Source of the DNA: Ramazzottius varieornatus
Lineage: Eukaryota > Animalia > Tardigrada
Assembly (NCBI GenBank): GCA_001949185.1
Contig: BDGG01000002.1
Location: forward strand, 4,330,448 to 4,394,447
DNA: 64,000 nt
Direction: 5' to 3'
Shown: piece after piece, positions 1-13,100 of the stretch
Numbering within the stretch: the first letter of the stretch is position 1
Layout of the letters: the number at the start of each line of letters is the position of its first letter
The notes under the pieces: generated by a model
What the model was told of the DNA's origin: nothing
Database searches by the model: none
What the model saw: only the letters and a program-made list of their open reading frames with translations
Made by a program: the position numbers and the translations under genes

Positions 1-889
1 AAGTGAAAAATTGTGACTCACATTACCACGAAATGAAAAATCAAAGTGTGCATGGTCGCTGAATGAGTGTGACTTGCGGATTGTGCAGACCGTTTCGGCG
101 CGCTCGGCCCGCCGTGCTTGATTGGTTGGCTGGCTGGGTGTCGACCAATCAGGTGTGTCAAATGGCCGAGTTAGCCATTGAACTGCCGCTGCGCAAACAC
201 GGGTCATTTTCATTGTGCACCTGCCAACAGATGTACCCTGTACCGTCCCATGGTTCCACCGTTCTATTATCCAACGACCAGTTTGCTTCACCAGACACTC
301 TCTGCTTCAGCAAAATGTAGAGAAAACATCAGAGAATATCGCAATGGTCGTTTTGCCTGAAATTTAACGTTTGATTGATCAGTTCCACAGTGATTGACTT
401 GACCGTTGGCTATTCATTCGATCAGGTGATGGAAGGGGAAAATTGATTGAATGGTTCGTTCCACGTGGTTTTTCTGCCAGTTGAGAGACGAGATTGGCCA
501 CATGGCACGAATAGTGTGGACTGGTATTGAACAAGTGTTCGGGCACGGCCTGACTGCGACCTCGGTGTGGGCGTGGCACGCCCGTATGTCTAGTTTTTTA
601 CTGGACGGCGTTCGCTGTGGGCTGCGGGCCCACTGCAAGTGACGCACGGATGCTCTTACGCAGCGAACGCTGATGCGCGTATCGTCCAGCTGCGATATGG
701 ATTATCGGAAAAGCAGTTTGCAGCGCACGTGATGATTGCCTGAATAGCAGGCGAAAGAGTGTAGTAGAGTCTTTTTGGACTTGTTCAAACGTTTCTCTGA
801 TTGATTTTTCTCCCTCAAGGAGGCCTGGATGATACTCGTCGGCTTCCTCCTGACTCGAATTCTTTGATCGTTGAAGAATAAGCTGAAAG

Positions 890-3800
890 ATGGGGACGTT
901 AACAGTGATGTGTCTCATTTCAGTGGCGCAACTGATGCTTCTCGTGTCGTTGGCCAATGGACTAACCTGCGACTCTTATGAGGAAGGAGTATGCAAGAAT
1001 CGGGATCCGGAAGATGTCAACGATTCGTCCTGTCGCGTGGTCAGCAAGTACTGCGATCCACTGCAGGGAACAGCGCGATGCTTTGCCATGTATTCGAATC
1101 GTTCCAAGGTAAGGAGTTTGGCTGTCGTATGTCTGGATATTGTGCAAATGTGTGGCTGTTGTGTTGCAGGGAATCGTGCTGCAGTCGGCTGATTGTTGGT
1201 ACAGTCATCCCAACTGCGAACGTGATAGCTGCATCTCTTCCAAGGCGTTCCCTAACAGGAAAGGCGACGCGGAGTTTATGTCGCATTTCTGCTGCTGTAA
1301 TGGCAATAACTGCAACAGGTAAACTAGGGAAAATCTGTATACTCTGATGTACAACTTGAAAGACGTAAAGCTGAAACAAACATGATGATTTCGATGTTGC
1401 TGATCCACCGTCGGTCTCTTCTGACTCTAGTAAATTATGGTTTACTCTGAACGAAACGCGCTCCGAGATTATTCTCGGCCACAAAGCACAGCCGGATGTG
1501 GACGATCCTCCGCCACCACCTCCTGTCGCAACCAGCACACTTCCCCCTCCTCCTCTTCCTCCGCTTGTTTCTACTGCATCTTCCGCGAAGGGGTCCCAGC
1601 AAAAGCAGAAAGAGGACGAAGGTTCGGCTTAAAAATGACAGGGATGTCTGAATGTGGAACAGAGAGACTGGTGCTGTGGATTCTTCCTCCCGGCAAAGGC
1701 CTCTTGTCATTCTGCGCGAGTGATAAACACTGAGCTCGTCATTGCAGGTCCTTCCGACAGCAGCGCTTACGTGCTGATCTCCGTTGTGGTGGTGGTCTGC
1801 ATCGCCTTCGTCACAGTTTCCTTGTTGGTGATTTACCGTTGCTTCAACCAGGCAACGCCAGACCTGAAGAAGCACGCACATGAGGACCCGGAAAGCGCGC
1901 TGATGATGGTGGGTAAAATATTGTGGTTCTGCTTTATAGAACTGGATATTTCGAACCTACAAGATGTTTTTTTAAAGTGGCGCACGCTGTCATCTGTTCA
2001 AAGTGAGAACGTGCGCCACCTGGAAATGCAACCTTTGCCGAGCTCCCATTTCTAGCTTGACTTTTCTAGGCTCCTCTGATGGCCGAAGAGTACAAGAACC
2101 AAGACGGCAGCTTGCTGTTGAAAAATTTGCAGTTGGTAGAGAAGAAGGCCAGTGGACGCTACGGCGAAGTGTGGAGAGGCAAACTGGGCGAAGTAAGTTC
2201 GTAAATCGTCAGTTGATTACCGACGCTGAATTTGTTTTACGGTGTCGTTTCCACTCTGTATCGAAGCGTTAGCAGCTGGGCGCGTTTTGTTTGCTTAAAA
2301 GCGTGTTAAGATACGGCTCGTGCAATGAAAGACGAGATAGGTAATGCCGTTAGCCGAATATCGTTACACGCCAAAGACATTCTTTTCGGTAGTTTGGAGA
2401 GGCTGCGGGTCAGTCCGCCGGCGAATGAGCTCGTTAGACCCATGATGGATTGTTTTATGTGATGACGATCTCGTGTAGCGATAACGGTAAACGCAGGGGA
2501 AAATACTGAACATAGAAGAAAAGCGGACAAAGTTATGACCGGTTACAATGAACAATGATAACGGCTTGTTGCTTTGGCCGTAAATTTGATGATGGAATAT
2601 TCTGACAACATCATTTAAAAAATTGGAAAACACACAGATGAATCAGGCTCGCGTGTTTGTTTGATTCCACGAAAACAGCTGCTTTGCTCAGCGGACAAGT
2701 GAGAAAAACAGCGCAGCGAAGGAAATAAAACCAATCTAATAAAATCGTTTTTCCTAATAAAGTGCCGCACGCTTTTATTGTTAGTGTAAGGTGTTGTGCG
2801 CCACAGGCAGGAGCGGTCTGTTCGAGCTCGTTTGCCGAGCTGCCGAATCATTCCCCGTTTACTGTGAATTGTTCAAGAGTCAAATGGCAGATGTATAACA
2901 CTGGAAATATAGTTGGAATAACTCTAGAAGAGTAAACTGACTTTTAGTTTGGCAAAAAGGAAGTTTGGCAAGTTTGGGGTGCCAAACTTTGATGAAGCAG
3001 TTGAATAAGGGGAAATTGGATTTGTTTTCCAGGCGGTGAACACTTGTCAGATGTCAGGCAGGGTTTGGCCAGAAGAAACCACGAAATTAGCGAAAGTGTG
3101 ACATGCGATGCTGAGAGTCGCTGTAATTTGACAATTGGTCAGGAAGTCTCCCGCCGTGTTCTGTACGCATGAAGTGATTATTGACGGACAGCTATCGAAT
3201 ATGCAAATAGGGTTATCGACAAGCTGAGGGCCTATATTTGGCTGGGCATATAATAAAAAAGGGGTCGTGTGACTGCTGACTCTGAAGAATATTTCATCTA
3301 GGGTGCTTTTGCGTCAGCAGAAGAGTGCGTTGATAAAGCAGGAAGTTGATCCGTCAAACTGTTTATAACGGTATGCTAACCTGCCTCTTTTTTGTCTGTT
3401 GGCAGGTCATTGTCGCCGTCAAAATCACACCGATGTCGGAAGTGGCTTCGTGGAAGAATGAAGTGCATATCTACCATAAGTACCTTATGCCCAATCCGCA
3501 CCCTAACATTCTCCGCTTTATCATTGCGGGGAACAGGGGACCCGCGGAACAGAGAATGTTCCTCGTGACAGAGTACCACCCTTTAGGTAATTATCTTTGA
3601 ACCCGCGCAGCCACCCATGTCAAGTCGCGCGGTTCGAACTTCAAACAAGTTTGACACTGGCGGTTCGAATGGGCGAACTTCACCGAATGTTCTTGGCTGT
3701 AGGTTCGCTGGTGGATTTGCTGAAGGGACGAGCCATTACCCTGGACGAAGCTGAGCGTCTCTCCTGTACGATGCTGGCTGGCATCTCGTTCCTCCATGAC

Positions 3801-4765
3801 ACAGACGGCAAGCCCGCCGTCGCTCACCGTGATTTCAAGTCCACCAATGTCCTCATTCGCAATGACATGTCGGTCTGCATTGCCGACTATGGACTCGCCA
3901 CGGCTTTTGAGCCTGACGAGCGCATTGGCGATCGACACGGACAGGTGAGAATGCGTCTCTTCGCAGAGTTCTCTTTCAGGCTGTAACTGGCGCACTTCTC
4001 CGTTAGGATTGCCGTTGTTAGTGCGTGAGGTGGTCCCGTGGTCGACTGTAACCGAGCGTCACTTTCGCTCTGGACTGTCTGGATATTAGATATCAAATTT
4101 TTGTTTGTTGTAGGTTGGAACGCGACGTTACATGGCTCCCGAACTGCTGGAAGGTGCCATCTCGCTCAACGTCATCTCGTTCCTGAGGGTGGACATCTAC
4201 GCGTGTGGCTTGGTTTTGTGGGAGATCCTCTCAAGAACGCAGCTAAATCCTGACATCCCCGTCTCCATCTACAAGCTTCCCTTCGAAGAAGAGCTGGGAC
4301 TGGCGCCGACCAATGAAGGCATTCACGCAGCCATCGTCCATAAAAGAATACGACCGGCTCTGAAGGACTCTTGGAAGACCGACCCGGTAAGTGCTATTAT
4401 AAAGCTGCTTACTTGCCCAGGTCACTTGGCGCGTTTTCTGCTGTTAGAGGCACAGCAAATCTAGCGCCTACCCATGTCACTTCGCGCTCGTTGTTTGATG
4501 CAGGTTATCATTTCCCATGTAAAGTTGCGCAGCATGGATTTTTAATGGTTTTACTCGTGTCAGGTTGTACAATGGAGATGAAGGTGATTAATCTCGTGTT
4601 CTTGTATGGTTGCAGAGAGGAAGTCAGATGTGTTCGACGATCGAAGAGTGTTGGGACGCTGATCCCGAAGCCCGACCTTCCGCTTCCTGTCTGTCCAACA
4701 GGATGCGCAGTCTCTCGCCCGACGTAACCTATGTCGACGAGAACATGCCACTGCGAGATGGCTAG
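890..4765 (+). CDS. Activin/TGF-beta type II receptor Ser/Thr kinase (ACVR2/punt-like), multi-exon
   Basis: Signal peptide MGTLTVMCLISVAQLMLLVSLANG. Cys-rich ectodomain ending in the CCCNGNNCN box (exon ~1170-1318). Pro-rich stalk exon (~1431-1621). TM segment YVLISVVVVVCIAFVTVSLLVIY (~1770-1840). Kinase motifs ASGRYGEVW, VAVK, HPNIL, HRDFKSTNVL, IADYGLA, GQVGTRRYMAPELLEGAI, IEECWD. No GS box, so type II. Stop TAG at 4763-4765; GT-AG introns. Confidence 0.93.
1940..2055. repeat. AAGTGGCGCAC-N25 palindrome (receptor intron)
   Basis: AAGTGGCGCAC + 25 nt + GTGCGCCACCT. Confidence 0.8.
2716..2838. repeat. N25 palindrome (receptor intron)
   Basis: AAGTGCCGCAC + 25 nt (2771-2795) + GTGCGCCACAG...TCGTTTGCCGA. 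Confidence 0.75.
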
Positions 4766-6312
4766 AGCAGTGGCAGCCAATTTGAGAATCTCTTTCTTGC
4801 TCTCTTGAATAATGAGAGCATGGAACCTGACACAAGGTTTTCCGTAACCCGAGTGACTTTACATGTACACACAGTGACGGCATGAGGCAGCCCACACAAA
4901 CAGACTCTTTATCTACTTCCATACCTGACCATTTGGTCAACGTTTGGGACCATCTTTCTGTGATATGGTGGGCTTGAAAAGAAGCAGAAACAAGTGGAAG
5001 AGAAAGGGATCTCGAACGGAGGAAAAGGTCCAGGTTGTGTGCACACACAGAGAGCAAGCCCGGTGGTGCTAACTGAAAGACTGTACACATGTATGTTTCC
5101 TGGTGGGTGCAATGGTGGTTTTGTTGTGCTGAAAAACTTTGCGTTAGTTTTGCAAAAGAGGAAAGATGGCGGGGAAAAAGCAGCTACATTGAGAAGATCA
5201 ACGATGACTAAACGGTATACAAGATGAAGGATCTTGCTAGCGGACCAAAGTCAATCCGTGTTTTCTTTTGTTTCTTTTCTGAGTGTTTATTTGAGCTATT
5301 TGAAGTCAGCTAACTTACACTGGTTTCGTTGTTTATTTATGGATGATCATGAAATACTACTAAATTTATAGCGCTGTACGTAGTCAGGAGCTAACCTTTT
5401 GTTTTTAGTTTAAAATTGCTTACTTGTACAGAAATGACTGACATGGCCAGTTGTAGGCTTGGAATTCTTGTACACGGTGTACGGCTATTCTTGAGTTTGG
5501 TTTTACTTGTGAGTGTTGGTTAATTTCTTCAGGCATCTTTTATGTTGGTTTTATCTGTTCAGTTGTAAATAGCTAATCGGGGCATGAATGCTGTCAGTGG
5601 AATAGTTTGGCTGTGCATTTCGAAAGAAGGACATTACTATTATGGAATCTGGAGAACTGAAAAACTAACCCCGTGCCTTCAAGGAATGATAAGAGGCTGA
5701 AGCGGAACCGGAAGAACACCGGAAGTGGGTTGGTGTGACAGAGTGAGTACGATAAGGCTTACTCTGTTATAACCTTGATGGAGTGACGGATTAACGACGA
5801 TCAACAGAAAAGATCCGTCACGGTTCGTCAGATGGCCGTACTAGGTTCACTTAGTCATAGTTTCACGAGTTTAGTTCACCAAGGCCAAGTTCTCCGAAGC
5901 GTCACACGCGCTCTTGGCCGATATTCTTTTGAACATTTACTTCCGGTGAAAAGCGTGTCACCGTACCGACTTGACAAGCTGCGAAATTCCCGCTGACCTT
6001 CGGGCTGTTCTGCTTATAGATCTTAGATCTACGCATTCTTCACATGAACCTTTGCCTGGGACCTGGTCGATACGACAGGGAGAAAAACAACTTCAGAACT
6101 AGCAAAGGGTTCCATCCCAAGCTGCAAAACTACAGACAGCGTCTGTTACGGGAAAATAGTCTTCCGGCAAGAACCACAGTAGTCCAAAAAAATGTCTGAA
6201 AAACAGTGAAAAGTTTGGTGGAGAAAACAAAAGACCCTTTTCAGTTAAAACAACGAAAGGGAAGGTATAACTTTGCGACGTGATCCCCAAGTACATAAAT
6301 CAACCGGTACCG

Positions 6313-7555
6313 CTAGTAAAGGGTTTCGGAATGGCCCTTTCCGTTGTAATTTCGAACATGGACTGACGATCTTCTTATTGTAATCCGGGACCTCCGCCGC
6401 AAGCGTATGAGAAGGATATTCAAAAGGAATAACACGATGGCGGCGACTAGCATCCATACTGCCGGACCGTGGGACGCCAGGCCGCAGGTGGTGAGGGAGT
6501 AACGGAAGCGGTTCCAAGGTGGCAGCACGTTATACACAAACCGCGTGTAGTAAAGCCCAACCCAGATGAGCAGCGCCACCAGCGTGCAAACACCTACAAC
6601 CATTTCGAATATGTGAAGATATTCTGGACGAGGTCAAAGTCCATTCGATAATGGAATAATCGTAAAAATAGAAAGTCAATATTCGTACCAGCTGCGACAT
6701 TCCATACGTATATACCACGAATGCCAGCAATGTCGGAGATGGGAACATATAGCACGTTGATCATGGTGAATACCGCTGCCACCAAGGCGAAGAGGAGTGC
6801 CAAGGACAAGAAGACTACAATGGCGATCCAGGCCCAAAAATTGATCTCGGCTGGTTTCGCAAAGATTCCTGGAGGAAATATGTACGACGTACCTGATCAA
6901 AATTGCATCTCACGTCATTCGTTCAGGACGCCGACAAAGGAATTGAACATGATGGTTATCCCAAGTGGCGCAAATCTCCGTGTTGTTTCAACGAGCGCGT
7001 CGCCACTTGGCAAAACGGCCATGTTTGAATCATTTGCCGACGTCCCATTCAAGTTCGCTGGAACTCCAAAATCACCTGTTGCAGAAGGCATGGCAGAACT
7101 ACAGAAATCTTGGAGGTTCCAGTCCTCTTCGTTGGTCGGAATAACAATGGTTGGCCGGCCATCCTTGTTGATGGCGTCGTAACGGCAGATCCGTGTCGCC
7201 GCTGTGCAGTTGACTGAAAAATGTAGAATCATCATAAATCATGCGGACAATAGTTCAAACATTCCATCTGAGATTAATATGCAATAAAAGCGTTTTTACG
7301 CTTGAGAAACTCTTTCTTACTGGCAATGTTGTTGTCCATTTTCACCAGCAGAGACTTCCATGAAGCCTCCCCTTTGAACAAGCCGTGGTGGGCATATCCG
7401 GTGTCCGAAGCCCTGTTATCCAGCGAGTTTTGGACCACACCACTCGTTACCCAAAAGTCCGACCCAAAGGCTCCTCCGATGAGTCCGAGACACACCAGGG
7501 TGATCAAAAAAGCGAAGAAGAGGATGATTCGGGACCGTCTTTCCTGTCGCTCCAT
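6313..7555 (-). CDS. Clarin-like four-TM (claudin superfamily) membrane protein, about 4 exons
   Basis: Exon 1 MERQERRSRIILFFAFLITLVCLGLIGGAFGSDFW...HHGLFKG. Exon ~7213-7077 is an extracellular loop with Cys. Exon ~6893-6690 reads ...MINVLYVPISDIAGIRGIYVWNVAA (clarin-type P...G..G.Y.WN). The last exon carries TM3/TM4 and stops at 6313. The exon 1 donor is ambiguous. Confidence 0.75.
6927..7043. repeat. N25-family palindrome (clarin-like intron)
   Basis: GACGCCGACAAA...CCCAAGTGGCGC ... CGCCACTTGG...TCATTTGCCGACGTC. Confidence 0.8.
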
Positions 7556-9203
7556 GGTGAGAAACGTGGAGGACCCAACCCGGATGTACAATACTGTCCC
7601 CGCACGAAGTGACTTCGAAGTGGAGGCGCGGTTGAGACCCGGGCTGCTAAGCAGAGTAATTCACACTCTTGTAAAGTGACTCACGGAACTAAAACTGGCA
7701 AGATAAGGATTCACATGTTGGAGTTTAGAAGTTTGACCATCTTGACGAAAGCAGACCAGTATGTCAGAGATGGTGGTCTAAATGGCGCCGATGGGCAAAT
7801 TGGCAAATGCAGGCAGCTAAAAGTAGGCGGATATGTGGTTTGAGAGGTTCCGGCCTAATTGATCGATGAGAGTGGCTGACGGAAATTCCGAAGACGGTCA
7901 AGAATTTTTCCGAGAATCTTATTCCTCCGCGCTTATCAAACCGATCAGCGATCACAAAGAGTGCGGATGGATATCTGACAAGATGTGGCGCTAGACATTC
8001 GAAAAGAGGGCGATGACGGGAATTGTATGGCGAGACAAGTCACTGAACAACTCAATGCATGGAAATATGCTCGCAGTTCCGTCATTTACTGTGCGAGAGC
8101 AAGTATAAAGATAAACTATCAAGGAAGGCGTCAACATGTGCCGATAATGGTGCACAAGTGCAATCTCGCACTGCTCGAAAGTGCGGATGGAATCTTGTGT
8201 ACACTTTGGCGCATATCGTACTACGGAATGAAGATTAAGAGCTGCTCGATGGACGGCTTACACTACAATGGTATTACGATGCGGGATAAGTTTAACCTGT
8301 AGTACATATGTGGGTAAGACTAACGCGGTATGGTCAACCGGCGGACCTCGTCGAACATGACTTGGAATACATACATGCGGCGTGAGCAGCAAACTCTGAA
8401 CGACCACTGGCTTTATGGCATTACCAACCTATTCGTTCATGACTGGGCTTATCAAGCCACCGCTTATCAGCGGGGAAAGTTTTAATGGCTCGATCAGCAA
8501 ACACAATAGCACCATACTCTGTTCGCACGGGTTGGCAATAATGCCGTAAAAGCAATATTCAAAGCAGGTACTTGCCCGTGTGATTTAAGGATACTTGAAC
8601 GCAAAATCTTCGTTGGTCTTCCAACGAAGCAGCAAACCGGGCAGAAGATGGATGATAATGGAAGTACGCTCTTTGGTTTTAATATTACTTTATGCAACCT
8701 GCAGCGCCGTACTTCGGACGATCATTGTCAAGAACCCGCGCGTTATGTTGCTTCAGTCGCAACTGCAACGCAAGCATAACTGTGTGCGTGTAACTTTTTT
8801 CTGTGATTCCAACGGAAAATCTAGGGTGATTGTCATAACAGCGCATTCCCCTTCGCTGGTTCGCGACCGGCCCACATCGCCCAGCACGGTCCTGCGAGCA
8901 GGTTTTGTGTGACTGCAACAGGTGTTATGCTTTTTTATAGGCAACCCAGTAAGGCAATAAAGCAACGCACAGGCAGTAAAAAAAGCATAATCAAACAGTA
9001 CGCGACACGTGCGGTTAAGTCGGATGGAGGTAGCATGTCCAAGCGTCTCGAAGATTATCTTAGGTGTAGCGGTACAGTGTCAGTGGGTCATCTCTAGCAA
9101 CCATGCACCCCGCCTTCGCAGAACAAGACTGACCATTTTTCTCCATTGCCTTGACATCAGCTGAACTTTAGACTGATTCGCCTCAGCGACAATGCAAGTA
9201 AAA

Positions 9204-10069
9204 GTACCCCAAGTAAATCAGGAAAAAGGGAGTCGAGGGTTAGCCTAAATGGAAACAGAGATTCGGTTTCGTCGTCCAAACAGACATCACGTTGGATCAT
9301 GGCCACTGGTCAATGGCCAGTGGAGGATTTTCTCAGTTTCCTCAAACTGAAAGACGATCCTTCAGAATTTGCTTCACAAATGAAAATGATGACTAATGTT
9401 TCCAAATGCTTGTTGGGTTCTACTAAAAACAACAGAAATGAGCATTTGTGTTTCGGAACGGTCATAGTGTTCTCCGACAGGTGGCGCGCGTCTGGTAAGT
9501 ACAGTATACAGAGTATTTGTAGCGGGAAGCGCACGTAATTGGGTCGTAAGCTTCGTTGGAGTCGACCAAGTGAATTGGATAAAGGCGCCGTTTCAGCATT
9601 CTGTGGAATTCATCACCCATAATAAATCTCGAATTTATAAAAATCGGAATCGACAAGAAGGCTTTGCGGACATGGCAGTCATTCCCGCGCATGCACAGGT
9701 AATGCATACGGTCTACAGCTTGTGAAAACAATAAGCAGTCAAACGTCTTTGCGATCTTCGACCCGCCCGACAAGGAAAGATCATTGTCCCCGGAAACCGG
9801 CTGCAACTTTCTCATGCGCAGTTATCTTCAGAACAAAACCTTAGGCAATCGTAGACAAGAAAGAGAAGATGGAGAAGGTGAAGGCGGGCGGACAGCAAAA
9901 AGCAATTCACTTTTCAACTTCTTCAACTTTCGATTGTTAGTATTCACCGAAGAAGATGACAGTTTAGGGAACGTAACGACACGTTGCTGCTGTGTTTAAT
10001 GCTAATCGAGTCTGACGAGGATATGATAGGCAAGGTTTATTAACAACCGAACTGACCTAAACAGAGTAC
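9204..10069 (+). mobile_element. Non-autonomous dispersed element, copy 1 (inverted copy at 37033-38079)
   Basis: Alignable by eye along its length to the reverse complement of 37033-38079 (e.g. gtaccccaagtaaatcag...atggaaacagagattcggtttcgtcg; acgtaacgacacgttgctgc). Imperfect terminal inverted repeats starting GTAC. No coding capacity. Confidence 0.8.
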
Positions 10070-10157
10070 TTTCTTCCGGGAAAACAACCCGCCTTCTTAC
10101 ACCTGCGATTGAACCGTAGGCTGTACCATCTGGATTGTCTTCTCCCGGACGTCCACC

Positions 10158-13100
10158 ATGTGGCGGACCGTGGTCATCTCTTTTTGTTATCTTAACTTGT
10201 TACGATATGCGGCCACTCAATCGTTAAGCGAACTTACCCGGCCGAGGACTTCCGGCTATGACCTAAACCCCAAACCACGGTCAGTATTCCAGCATCCCTG
10301 TCATTCTTCAGTCGTATACCTAAACAGGAACCAAAGTGGACTTGATAATCGCAAGCACATTTAACGGTGGGTTATGACACGTTTTTGTATTGCAGTTTGC
10401 TCCAAGGTTCTCCGAGGTCCAGGAATTCTTTGACGCCGAATGGACCTCCCCCCATTCCTCAGCCTCCTAGTCCGCCAGCAGAAGTCCAACTAGGAGGAGG
10501 ATTCATTCCGCAGGAGCCTCACTTTGGTCCTCCTCCTATTCCGGAGAACATGGGTCCTCCAAACATACCAAATATGCCTTCATCCGGTGGATTCTCCCAA
10601 CTTCCTGCTCCTCCTGGACAACAAAGTTCTATAGGTGTGTATACCTGCGGTCCTGCACCATCTGCCGCATCACTTTGACAGAGTGTACAGGTCATACAAT
10701 GTGAGCTTCACCTTCTGTTACAGCGATAGACAACTCGCAAGGTGTATTTGGAAACCCGCAAGTGGATATCGGAGTGCCTTCCGCCCGGAACGATGCTCCG
10801 AACTCATTCAATCCTTACCCCAGCTACATGAACGCGATGGCCGCTAACATTCAGAACCGACTCGCGGGATACCCCGCTCCTCCTGGCCAAGAACAGCAAA
10901 GACAGCAACAGCAAACGATCCAGACACAACAGCATCCCGGAGTTTATACTCTGGGAGGATTACCTTTCACTCCGGACGGCGCTAGTCGAAGCGACGCACT
11001 CGGGTAACTTCACTTGATGTATCCAGCCTGTAGAGAGAGATTAGTAATAGCACAATCTTTCTTTACAGTTTCCAACCTCCTGTCAAACCACCGGATACGC
11101 CCGAGTACAGTTACGATTGGAGTTTTAATAATGGACCCAAGTTGTTTGGTGGAGCCAAGGAGGACCTCGTGAGAATCAACAACTTGTTGCCCGCCACCAC
11201 GACCCCACGACCAACGAAACCAACGACACGTGCACCACTACGAGCAATGTTACTTACGAAGTGCGTTCCGAACGATATTCCGGACGCAGTGGGTATCTGT
11301 ACTCCTCGATCAGCTGCTGGACCCAGAAGACCGAGATGCGGCGAGAAAGTCCAGGCTTTGTCCGCCGATTGCGGCAGCGAGGAGTTGTGCTGCTTCGAGA
11401 TGCCAGTACTTCGCGTAACCGAAACACCCACCATCCAAGAGAAGGCCATCGATGGCATTGCAGCTTCCTGTATTTCTCCACTTGCTCCAAATACTCCCGG
11501 GCTTTGTATTCCAAAAACGCAAAGGGCAAGAAGATGTGTGGGACTTGTGGCAAGCTTGTCGCCAAACTGCGACCCGGACGAGGTACGAATTTGCCTGAAA
11601 ACGTAACACCTAGAATTTTATGGCACGCCATACCGTGTCACGGACTAGTAATGTTCCTTTGCACTTGTCACTTGGCAGTTTGCGCAGTCAAAGTGACGCA
11701 GTGTTTGGACATCCGTGACGTTTTTCCCCAAAAATGCGTCTCTTACCTGCCTTATCGTTCTTCTTGTAGGTTTGCTGTTTCAATACTGGATCCTTCGCTC
11801 TGCACGACTTCGTCGCCCAGGTAGCGGACACCACGACGACACCAGCTTCGGTTCCAGTCGCAAAGCTAGCCGTTTTTGCCATCGCAACGCGATCAATGTG
11901 TACTCCCGGCATCCGTCCTGACGTCAAGGGCTTCTGCTCTGGCAAAACTAACCGTCCTCGAGAATGCAAAGGAATGCTGGCTGCAACTTCCGACTTTTGC
12001 CAGAAAGAAGAAGTCTGCTGTTTCGTCCTGAGCACCACTAACAGCAGAGCGATCAGCGCCACTGGTGGCAGTATCAGCAACCAGCTTGGCTACTTTGACG
12101 TCCCCGCTGCTCATTCCACTTCCACCTTGACGACCACAACAATACAATCAACCACCACATCTGCCATCAGTAACAACGGCGGTCAGAACGGAACTTCCTA
12201 CAGTCTCCAGTTTGTTCCCACCGAGCTCTGTGTTCCTGTGACCAACAGCAACGTGTTCGACGGCACTTGCGTGGCTGCTTCCAACATTCAGAACGTCTGC
12301 GCGGGATTGCAGATTGCTTCCTCGTCCAATTGTCCAGCATCCTCATACTGCTGCTACGCCAATCGAGCTCCCGTCATCTCACCGACACCCAGTGGCTGTA
12401 TTCCCGATAACAATCCCTCCGTGACAAATGGTGTCTGCATCCAGGCGAATGATTTGGCTTCCAGCTGCATTGGCATCTCTATTTCGCCATCGAGGTACTG
12501 CGCGATTGATTCGTACTGCTGTTATCAGAACAGCCAAACTCGAAACTCATCGCCTAGTTCGCCAACTGGCAGCACCGGAGTGAGCGGGCAACCTACCACC
12601 AGTGGGCAATCCACCACCAGCCTACGTGGAACGGTCACAACGACACCTGCCGGTTCTGAACCAGGAAGTGACGCCTCCTGTACTCCTCAAAATAACCAGA
12701 ATGGTCAGGGTATCCAGAATGGTACTTGCGTTCCCAACTCGCAGCTTAGAGCCAGATGCCAGAAAATGCAGATTTCGTTATCGCTCGACTGCGACATGAA
12801 CGAGTATTGCTGCTACACATCGATTAGTGTTGATAGTCCGACAGCAGCCAACGGTAAGTTCTTCGTGATGTTTAAACGTATCTTGATTGTTATAGCTTCA
12901 CATTCCCTTGTTGTTCCAGGTGGTTGTATACCGGAGACGAACCCGTCCGTTACCAACGGAAAGTGCGTTAGCGTGACCAAGCTAAGCACCGTTTGTCGTG
13001 GCATACAAATTGCCACCTCCCAAGACTGCCACGACGCCACTATGTTCTGTTGCTTCAACAGCAGTGGTACCAGTAACCCGAATAATCAGACAGGTTACTC

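Noticed and set aside
890-4765. Type I receptor assignment, or a truncated decoy isoform
   Set aside because: There is no GS box, and exon 3 splices in frame at 1621 to the TM exon.
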